A stretch of DNA of 64,000 bases from Bacilli bacterium (GTDB lineage Bacteria; Bacillota_I; Bacilli_A; RF39; UBA660): the NCBI GenBank assembly GCA_050948885.1, contig JBMNER010000003.1, forward strand, positions 93,826-157,825, in the 5' to 3' direction. Positions 9,212 through 19,897 of this stretch are shown one piece after another (position 1 is the first letter of the stretch; the number at the start of each line of letters is the position of its first letter). Both the position numbers and the translations under genes were made by a program. The notes under the pieces are model-generated. The model was not told where the DNA came from. It made no database searches and saw nothing but the letters and a program-made list of their open reading frames with translations.

Positions 9212-11077
9212 TTATTGTTTGATTAAACTATATATATCATTAGAAAACCCTACAGGATCATCAACCGATAAACCCTCAATTAATAATGATTGATTATATA
9301 AAATCTTAGTAATCGTTTTCAGTTTTTCCTTATCATTTTTAAAAGCTTTTTTGATGGTATTAAATATTTCATGTTCAGTATTAATCTCTAATATTTTATC
9401 CGTTTTAACATCTTGAGCATTGGGCATCATTTTTAATACCTTTTCCATTTCAATGGATACCGCGCCTTCATTTATTATACATACCGGATAGCTTCTTAAT
9501 CTTTCAGATGCTCTAATATCTTTTATCTTATCTTTTAATACTTCTTTCATAAAAGCGAAAATTTCTTTTGTTTGTTTATCGGCCGTTGTTTTTTTACTTT
9601 CCTCTAATTCACTACTTGATACTGACTTAAACTCTTTATCTTGATATTGGGATAACATTTTTACGGCAAACTCATCTATTTCATCGGTTAAATATAAAAT
9701 CTCATAATCTTTCTCTTTCGCAAATTCGGTTTGTGGTAGTTTATCAATCATATCCACATCTTCCCCAGTCGCATAATAAATATATTTTTGTTTTTTCTTC
9801 ATTCTTGATACATATTCATCTAAAGTAACTAATTTTTTCTCTCTTGATGAATAAAACATAATTAAGTCTTGTAAAAATTCTTTATTAACGCCCCAATCGG
9901 TATATACACCATATTTGATAACCCGACCAAAGTTTTTAAAGAAAGTTTCATATTTTTCACGTTCGTTTTTTAACATTTCTGATAATTCCTTTTTAATTTT
10001 ATCATTAATTCTTTTCGCAATAAATTGTAATTGACGATCATGTTGTAACATCTCTCTTGATATATTTAAAGAAACATCAGGAGAATCAACTAAACCTCTA
10101 ACAAAGCCAAAATAATCTGGTAATAGTTCAGCACATTTTTCAGTAATCAAAACATTATTAACATATAACTTTAAACCCTTTTGAAAATCTTTGGTAAAAA
10201 AATCAAATGGTAATTCAGTCGGAATATATAATAAAACATCATAGCTAACAACCCCTTCCGCACTAGTATGAATTACTTTTAAAGGTTTATCATAACCAAA
10301 TTTTTGTTCAAGATAAAAATTCTCATAATCTTCTTCTTTTAATTCCTTTTTCTTTTTACGCCAGATAGGAATCATACTATTAATTGTTTCGTCTTCTTGA
10401 TATTCTTCAAACTCATCTTTATTATCTTTTTTAGGCCTTGATTTAGTTGTTTTCATTATAATCGGATGTTTTATAAAATCAGAATATTTTTTTATTAACC
10501 ACCTTAAATGATACTCCTCAAGAAAATCATCATATTTTTCTTCTTTTTCGTTTTCCTTAATGGTTAAAATAATATCGGTACCAATATTATCTTTTTTCAC
10601 TTCCGAAATAGCATAACCATCAATACCACTAGATTCCCATTTATAAGCTTTATCAGTTTCGTTCTTTTTACTAATAACTACTACTTTACTAGCCACCATA
10701 AAGGCCGAATAAAAACCAACCCCAAATTGACCAATAATATCGTTCGAATCTTTAATCTTATTTTCTAATTTAAAAGCAAGAGTTCCACTTTTGGCAATAG
10801 TTCCTAAGTTTTCTTCTAATTCCTTCTTATCCATACCAATACCAGTATCAGTAATGGTTAAAGTTCTGTTTTTCTTATCAGCGGTGATTCTAATATATAA
10901 ATCATCCCGGCTATATTTTTTCTTTTTATCAGTTAATAAAAAATAATGACGTTTATCTAAAGCATCACTAGCATTTGATATAAGCTCCCTTAAAAATATT
11001 TCCTTATGCGTATAAATAGAATTAATCATAATATCTAATAATCTTTTTGATTCCGCCTTAAATTGTTTTTTAGCCAT
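9212..11077 (-). CDS. htpG: molecular chaperone HtpG (Hsp90)
   Basis: [15 protein letters not shown]-binding motif; GTIAKSGT; 621 aa. Confidence 0.95.
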   Translation of the reverse strand: MAKKQFKAESKRLLDIMINSIYTHKEIFLRELISNASDALDKRHYFLLTDKKKKYSRDDLYIRITADKKNRTLTITDTGIGMDKKELEENLGTIAKSGTLAFKLENKIKDSNDIIGQFGVGFYSAFMVASKVVVISKKNETDKAYKWESSGIDGYAISEVKKDNIGTDIILTIKENEKEEKYDDFLEEYHLRWLIKKYSDFIKHPIIMKTTKSRPKKDNKDEFEEYQEDETINSMIPIWRKKKKELKEEDYENFYLEQKFGYDKPLKVIHTSAEGVVSYDVLLYIPTELPFDFFTKDFQKGLKLYVNNVLITEKCAELLPDYFGFVRGLVDSPDVSLNISREMLQHDRQLQFIAKRINDKIKKELSEMLKNEREKYETFFKNFGRVIKYGVYTDWGVNKEFLQDLIMFYSSREKKLVTLDEYVSRMKKKQKYIYYATGEDVDMIDKLPQTEFAKEKDYEILYLTDEIDEFAVKMLSQYQDKEFKSVSSSELEESKKTTADKQTKEIFAFMKEVLKDKIKDIRASERLRSYPVCIINEGAVSIEMEKVLKMMPNAQDVKTDKILEINTEHEIFNTIKKAFKNDKEKLKTITKILYNQSLLIEGLSVDDPVGFSNDIYSLIKQ

Positions 11078-11115
11078 AGTATTATACCTCCTATTATAAA
11101 TTATTATATTATTCT

Positions 11116-11142
11116 ACCCTATGTTATAGCACTCCAATAAGT
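11116..11142. promoter_or_regulatory. CIRCE-like inverted repeat (HrcA operator) 39 nt upstream of htpG
   Basis: aTAGCACTC-caataagtt-GAGTGCTAA against the consensus TTAGCACTC-N9-GAGTGCTAA (17/18). Confidence 0.5.
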
Positions 11143-11258
11143 TGAGTGCTAATCTAATTATAATAGAATTAATATCTAAATTCAAGACTATATTTAAATA
11201 AAATTTAATTTTATCAATTTTCCCACCAGAAAAAGATGCTATAATAATCATCAATAGT

Positions 11259-11894
11259 ATGATTATAATATTATTAATAAATCATTATAAAAAGGAGGTC
11301 AATAATATGAAACAACAAAAATTAATCAATTTTGTTAAAAGTTTAGATCGCTCACAATTTATCGATAATCCCGCTAAATCATTTGCCACTTATGATATTG
11401 CTTTACCGATAGAATGTGGACAAACGATTTCTCAACCCAGCTTAGTTTTAGAAATGAGTTTATTATTAGATTTAAATGAAAATTGTACGGTTTTAGAAAT
11501 AGGAACCGGTTCCGGATATCAAACAGCTATACTAGCTAAATTTGCTAAACAAGTCTATACCCTTGAATTAATTCCCGAGTTAAGCAAAAAGGCGGAAGCG
11601 AAATTACAAAAAATGGGCTATAAAAATATTAAGTTTTTAATTGCAGACGGTAGTAAAGGATTAGAAAAACATGCCCCTTATGATCGCATTATAGTAACCG
11701 CTGGTGCCAAAGAGATTCCTAATGAACTACTAGAACAATTAAACAACAACGGCATTATGGTTATTCCCGTCGGTACTTCTCAATTACAAACTTTAAAATT
11801 AATTAAAAAGGATTATAAAGGCGCTATTACCATAGAACCGATTACAGATGTAAAATTCGTTGAATTTAAAGGAAAGTATGGGTGGCCAAAATAA
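11259..11894 (+). CDS. pcm: protein-L-isoaspartate O-methyltransferase (start is probably the ATG at 11307)
   Basis: GQTISQP, VLEIGTGSGYQTAILA, PYDRIIVTAGA, GIMVIPVG. Confidence 0.85.
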   Translation: MIIILLINHYKKEVNNMKQQKLINFVKSLDRSQFIDNPAKSFATYDIALPIECGQTISQPSLVLEMSLLLDLNENCTVLEIGTGSGYQTAILAKFAKQVYTLELIPELSKKAEAKLQKMGYKNIKFLIADGSKGLEKHAPYDRIIVTAGAKEIPNELLEQLNNNGIMVIPVGTSQLQTLKLIKKDYKGAITIEPITDVKFVEFKGKYGWPK

Positions 11895-11993
11895 TAAAAA
11901 TTGGAATTAATTTAATCATAAATGTTAAATATTTATTTAGTTGAAACAGTTTAAATAACATGTTAACATAGAAATTAAAGTGAAGGAGAAAAA

Positions 11994-12302
11994 ATGAATA
12001 TTAATGAATTAAACGAACTAATTGTTAAGCTGGATAAAGATTTGCCTAAAAAGATATTAGATGGTAAAGAAGTATTTGATTTTAAAGATTCAAATATAGT
12101 CCTTGGGGTAGCATGTATTGTAGTTTATAAAGATAAAATGCTCATTATGAAACGAAGCAATAAAGTAGCCGTATTTCAAAATAAATGGGCCGTAATTAGT
12201 GGTCACTTAGACTGCGTAAAACCAATTAAAGAAATCATATTAGAAGAAATAGCATTTAAGCTCCCTATTATTAGAAACTTTTTATCATATTCAATTAATT
12301 GA
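11994..12302 (+). pseudogene. NUDIX-like hydrolase N-terminal fragment, truncated
   Basis: GVACIVVYKDKMLIMKRS...WAVISGHLD NUDIX-fold start with an incomplete NUDIX box; overlaps the opposite-strand MTase fragment. Confidence 0.35.
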
Positions 12303-12817
12303 GCTATATATTCCCTAAATAAACTAAAGGGAGGATTAGTAACAACTATATCAGCTTCTTTTAATAATTTAATACATTCTTTACTTCTAAAATCGCCATC
12401 ATCTTTAAGTAAAGTTAATATGTTTTTTTTATTTTTTATTAAATGTTCTACATCAACTAAATCAACAGCCCCATCTTGGTTACAATCCACTATCTCATTT
12501 ATTTCTAATTTATAAGGTTTTTTATTGTTTGTTTTTTTTATTTCTAATTCCTTTACATCAAATAAAGATAACTGAACATGAGATATAGAAGAATCAGTAT
12601 AACATGTAGTAATTATTTTTTTTAATCCAAGAACATTAAAATTCATCGCAAAATATTTAAAGAAATTGCTCTCAAAAGGATCATCACAATTACAAATGAC
12701 TATTTTATCTTTAAAATGTTCTTTATAATATTTAAGTTCTTTTTCTATATCAGATAATTGTGTATAAAATTCATCGTTCTTGTCCTTTTTTGCCTTTTGT
12801 AAATTTTTATTTGCCAT
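12203..12817 (-). pseudogene. EcoRI-methylase-family N6-adenine DNA methyltransferase, C-terminally truncated orphan
   Basis: N-terminal KAKKDKNDEFYTQ...CNCDDPFESNFFKYF and motif IV VVTNPPF; only 204 aa, no cognate endonuclease. Confidence 0.45.
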
Positions 12818-13015
12818 AAATTTTTACTCCTTACCAAAACTATTATAATAATTAATTATCATTAACTAAATCTACAACAATTATAACATAAAAAATTATA
12901 TTTAAACCCATCTTCCAAAAAAACCCAAGAAGTCTTGACACTAACACCATATAGTTTAATCCTTTTGAAAAAAATAAAAAGAATTGCAATCTCTTGCAAT
13001 CCTTTTAACATTCAA

Positions 13016-13092
<77 letters not shown>

Positions 13093-13103
13093 ATATTAAA
13101 CTT

Positions 13104-13196
13104 TGGCGGAGGAAGAGGGATTCGAACCCCCGCGTCGCTTGCGCGACCTCTCGGTTTTCAAGACCGACCCCTTCAACCAGACTTGGGTATTCCTCC
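13104..13196 (-). tRNA. tRNA-Ser (anticodon TGA)
   Basis: long variable arm; anticodon loop cuTGAaa. Confidence 0.8.
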
Positions 13197-13204
13197 ATAT
13201 AATA

Positions 13205-13291
13205 TGGTGCCTGAGGCCGGAATTGAACCGGCACGGGATTGCTCCCTCAGGATTTTAAGTCCTGTGCGTCTACCTGTTCCGCCACTCAGGC
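13205..13291 (-). tRNA. tRNA-Leu (anticodon TAA)
   Basis: long variable arm; anticodon loop cuTAAaa. Confidence 0.8.
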
Positions 13292-13298
13292 ATATAAA

Positions 13299-13374
13299 TG
13301 GTGTCCCGTATAGGACTCGAACCTATGGCCCTTTGATTAAAAGTCAAATGCTCTACCACCTGAGCTAACGGGAC
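13299..13374 (-). tRNA. tRNA-Lys (anticodon TTT)
   Basis: GTCCCGTTAGCTCAGGTGGTAGAGC; anticodon loop cuTTTaa. Confidence 0.85.
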
Positions 13375-13381
13375 AAATAAC

Positions 13382-13456
13382 TGGCTGCCTCGGCTAGATT
13401 CGAACTAGCGCATGTCAGAGTCAAAGTCTGATGCCTTACCGCTTGGCTACGAGGCA
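13382..13456 (-). tRNA. tRNA-Gln (anticodon TTG)
   Basis: U1-A72 start; anticodon loop cuTTGac. Confidence 0.8.
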
Positions 13457-13462
13457 TTAACT

Positions 13463-13545
13463 GGTGGAGAGAGGTGGATTCGAACCACCGAACCCGAAGG
13501 AACAGATTTACAGTCTGTCGCGTTTAGCCACTTCGCTATCTCTCC
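13463..13545 (-). tRNA. tRNA-Tyr (anticodon GTA)
   Basis: long variable arm; anticodon loop cuGTAaa. Confidence 0.8.
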
Positions 13546-13551
13546 ACAAGA

Positions 13552-13627
<76 letters not shown>

Positions 13628-13631
13628 AAAA

Positions 13632-13708
13632 TGGTGGACGATGTAGGACTCGAACCTACGACCCCTTGCTTGTAAGGCAAGTGCTCTAACCAGCTGAGCT
13701 AATCGTCC
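13632..13708 (-). tRNA. tRNA-Val (anticodon TAC)
   Basis: GGACGATTAGCTCAGCTGGTTAGAGC; anticodon loop cuTACaa. Confidence 0.85.
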
Positions 13709-13873
13709 AGCCATGACCAGACGGAAATAATATAACATCTATATAGCTCTTTGTCAATACTTTCAAGGGATTTGCGCCAACTATTTACATTAGCTATCAT
13801 CTCTTTTAAAGTATTATTAAATTATTTATTACCTTTCTGGTAAAATAGGGTATAATAACAGTAGGTGATAAAA

Positions 13874-14122
13874 ATGAATAATGTAGAAACAAAAATTAAA
13901 CAGGTCTTAGAAAGACTCAAACCTTATTTAAGGAATGATGGCGGCGATATTGAATTTATAAAATTTGAGGATGGTATTGTTTACGTTAAGTTTAGTGGCG
14001 CCTGTAGTTGTTGTCATATGCAAGAATTAACTTTTAAAGAGGGGATAGAAAAATCTTTACTTGAAGAAATCCCGGAAGTTAAAGAAGTCGTTAATATCAA
14101 AAATGAAAACTCAGAGCGCTGA
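13874..14122 (+). CDS. NifU-like Fe-S cluster scaffold (Nfu/YutI-like)
   Basis: GGDIEF...GACSCC...KEGIE; RBS aggtga precedes the ATG at 13874. Confidence 0.75.
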   Translation: MNNVETKIKQVLERLKPYLRNDGGDIEFIKFEDGIVYVKFSGACSCCHMQELTFKEGIEKSLLEEIPEVKEVVNIKNENSER

Positions 14123-14162
14123 GTTTTTTTCTTTTTAAACTAACTATAATGTCACAATAATA

Positions 14163-15104
14163 TTATGTATCAACATTATCCTGTAACCATTCAATTGGGG
14201 GAATATTAGCGCTTATTCTAATATATGCATAAAACTCCTTCAGGAAATCTTCATATTTATTTATTTTGTTAATAATAGTAAACAACTCTTTCTCTTCTAC
14301 TTTACCGGCTAAAATGTCATCATAAATATCAAAATAAAATGATGGAAAAAGCATACGACCAAACAAGAGACGATATTCAAATACGGTTAGTGAGTTATAG
14401 GCAAAATACTGTTCTATTTCACCCCAGATATCCTTATCACAAAAAATACCCGCTTTAATATATTCACTTAAGTCCCTAACCCTTAAATCAAGAACCAAAT
14501 TAAGGGGGTTATAAGCATCAAACAAAGAATCTATTGGTTTAATGCGCCTATGAGATACAACATAATCCGAAATATGATTAATCTTAAAATCAAGGTAAGT
14601 ATTTTTTACATAGGTTATGGCGTTTTCCGCTAAACCAATAAAATAACTAATCGAATCAGAAATATTTGGATACTTAGTACCCAATTGATTAATTTGATAC
14701 TCTATATAATCAATTTTGTTACTCCATAAATTAACCCAATCCGAAACATCTAATAATTTATTATAATAAATCATACGAGTATTAGTCGTAATATAATTTA
14801 CATCCGCTAGTTTAGTTATTGATTGTTCATTTACATAGACTTTCATTAAAACGTATGGTATATTATTAATATTAGTTAATATTTGTTTATCTTTATTTAA
14901 TATTATCTCATGAACTAATAAATGACGTTTTAACATTTCTATATTCAACTCATAAAGAGGACCTGCCTGTTCAACGGGCCGATCAAAGAGTACTAGATAA
15001 TATTTCTCATCATTATATTTAAAAAAGAAGCGGTGGTTTGCTTGGTGAATATTTTCCGGAAAAAGATTAAAATAATAATTAATAACGTTTTTCACAGTAT
15101 TCAC
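14163..15104 (-). CDS. CotS/YutH-like spore-coat kinase-fold protein
   Basis: size and synteny with the NifU-like (yutI) and PgpA-like (yutG) neighbours as in Bacillus. Confidence 0.5.
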   Translation of the reverse strand: MNTVKNVINYYFNLFPENIHQANHRFFFKYNDEKYYLVLFDRPVEQAGPLYELNIEMLKRHLLVHEIILNKDKQILTNINNIPYVLMKVYVNEQSITKLADVNYITTNTRMIYYNKLLDVSDWVNLWSNKIDYIEYQINQLGTKYPNISDSISYFIGLAENAITYVKNTYLDFKINHISDYVVSHRRIKPIDSLFDAYNPLNLVLDLRVRDLSEYIKAGIFCDKDIWGEIEQYFAYNSLTVFEYRLLFGRMLFPSFYFDIYDDILAGKVEEKELFTIINKINKYEDFLKEFYAYIRISANIPPIEWLQDNVDT

Positions 15105-15122
15105 CTCATACCAATACTATGA

Positions 15123-15653
15123 ATGAAAATAAAAAAATATGAATGGAGCGATATAATGGAAAAATTACACCAATTAACCATTAATACCTTAAAGGAAAGA
15201 GGAGTTACGATCGAGAGTATCGCCGAAATTGTTTACGATTTACAAAAAGATTATACGGATAATTTAACAATTGAATATTGTCAAGAAACCATTTTATCAG
15301 TCTTAAAAAAACGGGAAGTTATATATGCGATATTAGTCGGTATCGCCCTTGATAAAGGCGCTGAACAAGGATTATTTACTAAAGAAATTAACGAAGTTAT
15401 CTTAGACGATAATAGTTTATTTGGTATTGATGAAATATTAGCCCTTAGTATTATTAATGTTTATGGATCAATCGCCCTAACTAATTTTGGTTATGTTGAT
15501 AAAATTAAACCATTTATCATTGGCAAATTAAATCGGTTAGGAGAACAAAAAAAGCAGTGTACTACCTTTTTAGATGACTTAGTAGCGGCTATTGCGGCTG
15601 CGAGCGCTAGTAAAATGGCTCATGATCGCTTAAAAAAGGAAGATAATGTTTAA
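15123..15653 (+). CDS. phosphatidylglycerophosphatase A family protein (YutG/PgpA-like)
   Basis: GIDEILALSIINVYGS motif region; synteny. Confidence 0.65.
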   Translation: MKIKKYEWSDIMEKLHQLTINTLKERGVTIESIAEIVYDLQKDYTDNLTIEYCQETILSVLKKREVIYAILVGIALDKGAEQGLFTKEINEVILDDNSLFGIDEILALSIINVYGSIALTNFGYVDKIKPFIIGKLNRLGEQKKQCTTFLDDLVAAIAAASASKMAHDRLKKEDNV

Positions 15654-17452
15654 TTATCTTCTTTTTTATATACATAAGTTGGATTTTGGGTCTTTTCTTG
15701 GTCCGGTGTTGTTTGTTGCTTTTGATCCGTCTGAACCATGTGGCTTATTCCCTGCGCTAGTGCTGGCATAAGCCCTTTTATACTTTTAGTATCATTTCCT
15801 ATGTCCTCTAGTCTATCCTTTATATCCCCTACTTCAGCTAATATTTGATTATCTTGATTATGTATTACAAGTTCAATACCTTCTCTTTTACCCCTTAGCC
15901 GAGCAAGTTCTAGTTTATCGGTTTGGGGGTCCTTTTCCATTTCTTCAATTTGCCTTGTTAACTCTATTATTGTATAAGCAGGACTATTAAACGCTTCCGT
16001 TAGTTCTCCTTCACGCCTTAAATTAACTTCCCCCTTCTTAGTTAGAGCTGGTGATTCTTTCTTTTCGCCACCTTCTGGTGTAGTCTGGGTTATGTAAATA
16101 GGATTATTATCGGCTTCATCTAGATTCTTCTTACCTGTATTTTCAGGTTGAGTTACATGAACATAATCATGGTGTGTTTTATCTAAATTTTCTTTAGATG
16201 TTAAATTAACTTCCTCAGTAGTTAATGGCGGTGTTTCTTTATTTTTGCCACCTTCTGGTACAGTTTGGGTTGTATAAGTATAATTATGGGAAGCTTCATC
16301 TAGATTCTTCTCCTCCCTATATTTTTCAGGCTGAGTTACATGAACATAATCATGGTGAGCTTTATCTAAATTTTCTTTAGATGTTAAATTAACTTCCTCA
16401 GTAGTTAATGGCGGTGTTTCTTTATTTTCGCCACCTTCTGGTACAGTCTGGGTTGTATAAGTATAATTATGGGAAGCTTCATCTAAATTCTTCTCCTCCC
16501 TATATTTTTCAGGCTGAGTTACATGAACATAATCATGGTGAGCTTTATCTAAATTTTCTTTAGATGTTAAATTAACTTCCTCAGTAGTTAATGGCGGTGT
16601 TTCTTTTGGTTCAATTCCTTCTTGATTGCTAAGTTCAGTAGCCTCAGTACTAATTGATTTTTTTGATCTATCAATTAGTTCACCATTTTGATCAAATAAA
16701 TATTCAACTTGTCTTATATTACCTTCTTCTAATAAAGCGGCATGTTTATCTATATATTTTTGGTATTTTTTCTCCAGTCTTAGTTTTTTATTATCACCAT
16801 GCCATAATGAAAAATTTACCATTAAAGATTTAATCCCAGTTTGACGATGGCTATCACTAAGTATCTTTTCTTGTTCCTTTTTATGGTGTTCAATCTCTTT
16901 AGCCCCTTCTTCAATTTCTTTTCTTACTTTCCACTCAGCATAATAATCATGACCGGCTTGCCTTGTATACCACGCGGACAAATTAGTAAAAGGGTTCTTA
17001 GAAATTTTTATTGGTCTCGGCTTACTAATGACATTAAAAAAAGCGGTGATTTCCGGCGTCCCATAGAAATCTAGCCCATATTTCTCAGCCATTTTTTTAA
17101 TGTTACCACTTAATTTATGTTCTAATGAACGGACTTCCCGAGCTTTTTCTTTAGCCGTTTCTTTATTATCGGTTCTAGCTAATCCTTCTTGAGCCTTTCT
17201 AAAATCTTTATATAATGGCTCAAGACTAGCCTCTAGCCTTTGTTGGTTTATTTCTCGCCAGGTTCTTGCAAATTTTGCATTTCTTATCTTATTACAAAGT
17301 GAACTAGTTAATTTAGCCACTTTTTCTTTACCTGAAGTAAAAAGATCACTGGCTATTACCTGAGCTCTTCCTACTGGTAATCCCTCTCGAACCAATAATA
17401 CATCATTAAATTCGTTTCCTTCGTTTCCTGTATTAAAAAAATCAGGCTTCAT
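15650..17452 (-). CDS. 600-aa protein with an N-terminal helical domain and 3.3 tandem 61-aa His/Tyr-rich repeats; composition-atypical
   Basis: repeat unit ETPPLTTEEVNLTSKENLDKAHHDYVHVTQPEKYREEKNLDEASHNYTYTTQTVPEGG; no signal peptide; local GC is clearly higher than the flanks. Confidence 0.5.
   Translation of the reverse strand: MKPDFFNTGNEGNEFNDVLLVREGLPVGRAQVIASDLFTSGKEKVAKLTSSLCNKIRNAKFARTWREINQQRLEASLEPLYKDFRKAQEGLARTDNKETAKEKAREVRSLEHKLSGNIKKMAEKYGLDFYGTPEITAFFNVISKPRPIKISKNPFTNLSAWYTRQAGHDYYAEWKVRKEIEEGAKEIEHHKKEQEKILSDSHRQTGIKSLMVNFSLWHGDNKKLRLEKKYQKYIDKHAALLEEGNIRQVEYLFDQNGELIDRSKKSISTEATELSNQEGIEPKETPPLTTEEVNLTSKENLDKAHHDYVHVTQPEKYREEKNLDEASHNYTYTTQTVPEGGENKETPPLTTEEVNLTSKENLDKAHHDYVHVTQPEKYREEKNLDEASHNYTYTTQTVPEGGKNKETPPLTTEEVNLTSKENLDKTHHDYVHVTQPENTGKKNLDEADNNPIYITQTTPEGGEKKESPALTKKGEVNLRREGELTEAFNSPAYTIIELTRQIEEMEKDPQTDKLELARLRGKREGIELVIHNQDNQILAEVGDIKDRLEDIGNDTKSIKGLMPALAQGISHMVQTDQKQQTTPDQEKTQNPTYVYKKEDN
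16022..16620. repeat. 183-bp tandem repeat, about 3.3 copies, in frame within the 600-aa gene
   Basis: the string ttaaattaac recurs at 16201, 16384 and 16567 (period 183); copies 2 and 3 are near-identical, copy 1 diverged. Confidence 0.85.
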
Positions 17453-17466
17453 TTCCTATCCCACCT

Positions 17467-17733
17467 TTACTCATCTTTTGCGAGTTCTTTAAGTATTTCT
17501 TTAATTTTTTCCCACTCATCATCAGTCGCAATACCCGTCAAAACCTTTTGACCGTTTTGTTCCTCAATGGCTGATGCGTAAATAGTTACATTACCATCCT
17601 CATCTTGTTCATTCTTCGTATAAATAACATAGTCTTTATTAGTAACATCCATACGAAAAGCAATCAAAGCTTCTACCTGTTCCTTATTACCACTTTCATC
17701 CATGATAGTAATCATTTTTCTGTTATCCATCAA
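17467..17733 (-). CDS. DUF1292/UPF0473 (YrzB-like) small acidic protein
   Basis: ITIMDESGNKEQVEALIAF...ATDDEWEKIKEIL pattern. Confidence 0.6.
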   Translation of the reverse strand: MMDNRKMITIMDESGNKEQVEALIAFRMDVTNKDYVIYTKNEQDEDGNVTIYASAIEEQNGQKVLTGIATDDEWEKIKEILKELAKDE

Positions 17734-17822
17734 CTAACCTCCCATTATTCTTACTATTTTTATTATAACACATATTCCTTGATAATAAACAGTTATTTCT
17801 TATCTTGTCAAAACAATGTCAA

Positions 17823-18104
17823 TTACTGTTTCTTTAACACAAAATATTTACATCCATAGGCACAATGATTTTTTAAATAATAATCTAACCCTTTAATATT
17901 ATTAACCTTATTAACTTTGGGATTATCGCCGTCATTAAAACCTTTTAATCTTAATTTATTATAAGCGTAGTCTCCAACTACATAATCATAATCGCAAAAG
18001 TAATCGGTATATTTTTCTATAAACTCTTCCTCATAAAAAGCATCATCCTTATTATCAATTAATTCATATTCAACCCCATTAACTATCACTTTTTGTTCCA
18101 TCAA
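17823..18104 (-). CDS. YutD-like protein (DUF1027)
   Basis: YDYVVGDYAYNKLRLKGF...GCKYFVLKK matches the Bacillus YutD pattern. Confidence 0.65.
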   Translation of the reverse strand: MMEQKVIVNGVEYELIDNKDDAFYEEEFIEKYTDYFCDYDYVVGDYAYNKLRLKGFNDGDNPKVNKVNNIKGLDYYLKNHCAYGCKYFVLKKQ

Positions 18105-19855
18105 TTTTCCTCCTTTTGATACTCCTTTTGATAGGCCTCTAACTGTTGTTTATATTTATTAATACTAGAACCACCATGCCAAGTCATATAACCATTAACT
18201 AACCCTGCATCAAACAAGCCCCTTATTTGTTGTTCTAACTCCTCGGCATTATATTCTACATAATTATCTCGATTTGGGAGTACATCATAGGCTTGAACCC
18301 AAGTTCGCAATTTAGCCGGTGTCGGGATTTCTTTTTGTCTGACCATCACATAATTTTTACCCCAATAATTTAAAAGCTCATAAGGAACTGTCCACACTGG
18401 GACTTTAAATCCATATTCATACTTATTAAAATGATCCGGATAAGGCATCCCACTAATCACATCAACCACATTACTTAATGCCGGCCAGTATTGGCCATAA
18501 GGCGTTACATAAGCATGTGCGGACTCCCCAAAAACATCAACCCCGACATAAACCTTTAGTGGATGTAGTTGATCACGCGCATACATTAAAAAGCGCTGAC
18601 AAACCTGGGCTTTTTCTTCTTGATAAATATTTCTAAAATCAATAATGCCTTCTTTTTCTAAGCGACTGGTAAGGTCAGGAAAGCGAACATAATCAAATTG
18701 AATTTCATTAAACCCCATCTCTAAAACCGCTTCTTTGGCTAAAGAAACATTAAATTCCCAAACACCTCTTTGAAAGGGGCTTGGCCAGTAAGTATTTTGG
18801 TGTAATAAGGGTTCATTCGTTTTGGTATTTATAATTCCGTGTTCGGGGTGATCTAAAACATAATATTTATCCTTAAAAACCGTAATTCGCCCAATCACAT
18901 AAAAACCCGCCGCTTTTAATTTCTTAATGGCGGCTTGATAAGTTTCAAAACTATTATTGGCCTTTCGATAATTAATCGGTGAATATGCTTCCATTACTTT
19001 TGAACGATACCCAGGGGATTCATTATCCTTAATATCCACAACAAAAGCATTAATCTTGGTGCCTTCGACTAATTTAATATATTCATCAATTCGCCTAATT
19101 ACATTACTACCGGAATTTAAATAAAGAGCATAAATTGGATCGGGCATAACATTATCATCAAAAAGAGGCTTAGATACTGGATAATAATCTAAATTTCCCG
19201 CTGACCCACCACCATATGTATCATTTCTTTGTTGATGAACTTTATAATATTGTTCTGGTTGGTAATGAAGTAAGGCTTCATCCTTATCTAATACTGTATA
19301 CTCACTATAAATATAACCCGTCTTATCTTTTATTTTCACTTGATAGATATTTACGTGCCCATCATCTAATACTTTATCATAATCAAGAACCTCTAGTTCA
19401 TCACCTTTATTAACTAGGGTCAATAACTGGCCTGCTTTGATATTTTTATAAATATCAATAGGCGTTCTAACATAAACAACCTTTTCCCGAACAATTTGCT
19501 TTTTATCAATAACTAAATTATCCTTCGCCACATAATATTTTTTACCCTTAATAATGATGCGGTAAAAAGTTCCACCCTGTTTATCAGTTAGAGGTTTTTC
19601 GCGCTTTACACTTACCAAGAGACCACGGGGCATAGTTACTGCTGGTTTTAATTCATCATTATATAATGTTACCTTATAACTATTACTGGAGAGAAAATAA
19701 CTCCCTTTAACATCAAATATTTTTTCTATCACAATACCGGCTATAATAAATAACAAAAATACTATTACAATCATGCCTATTAAAAATTTTTCGCTAATAT
19801 TACGTTTTAATCTAATCTTTTTTTTGCTTCGTTGCCTAGTTATTCTCTTGGTCAT
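18101..19855 (-). CDS. membrane-anchored putative glycoside-hydrolase-like protein (DUF4015-like)
   Basis: N-terminal transmembrane segment, 584 aa; weak family call. Confidence 0.4.
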   Translation of the reverse strand: MTKRITRQRSKKKIRLKRNISEKFLIGMIVIVFLLFIIAGIVIEKIFDVKGSYFLSSNSYKVTLYNDELKPAVTMPRGLLVSVKREKPLTDKQGGTFYRIIIKGKKYYVAKDNLVIDKKQIVREKVVYVRTPIDIYKNIKAGQLLTLVNKGDELEVLDYDKVLDDGHVNIYQVKIKDKTGYIYSEYTVLDKDEALLHYQPEQYYKVHQQRNDTYGGGSAGNLDYYPVSKPLFDDNVMPDPIYALYLNSGSNVIRRIDEYIKLVEGTKINAFVVDIKDNESPGYRSKVMEAYSPINYRKANNSFETYQAAIKKLKAAGFYVIGRITVFKDKYYVLDHPEHGIINTKTNEPLLHQNTYWPSPFQRGVWEFNVSLAKEAVLEMGFNEIQFDYVRFPDLTSRLEKEGIIDFRNIYQEEKAQVCQRFLMYARDQLHPLKVYVGVDVFGESAHAYVTPYGQYWPALSNVVDVISGMPYPDHFNKYEYGFKVPVWTVPYELLNYWGKNYVMVRQKEIPTPAKLRTWVQAYDVLPNRDNYVEYNAEELEQQIRGLFDAGLVNGYMTWHGGSSINKYKQQLEAYQKEYQKEEN

Positions 19856-19897
19856 CTATAACTCCTTATTAATAAAAATATATCATATTTAAATTCA

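Noticed and set aside
16022-16620. Tandem repeats as a possible CRISPR array
   Set aside because: The period is 183 bp with no spacer/repeat alternation, and the repeats are in frame inside a protein-coding gene. No cas genes were seen.
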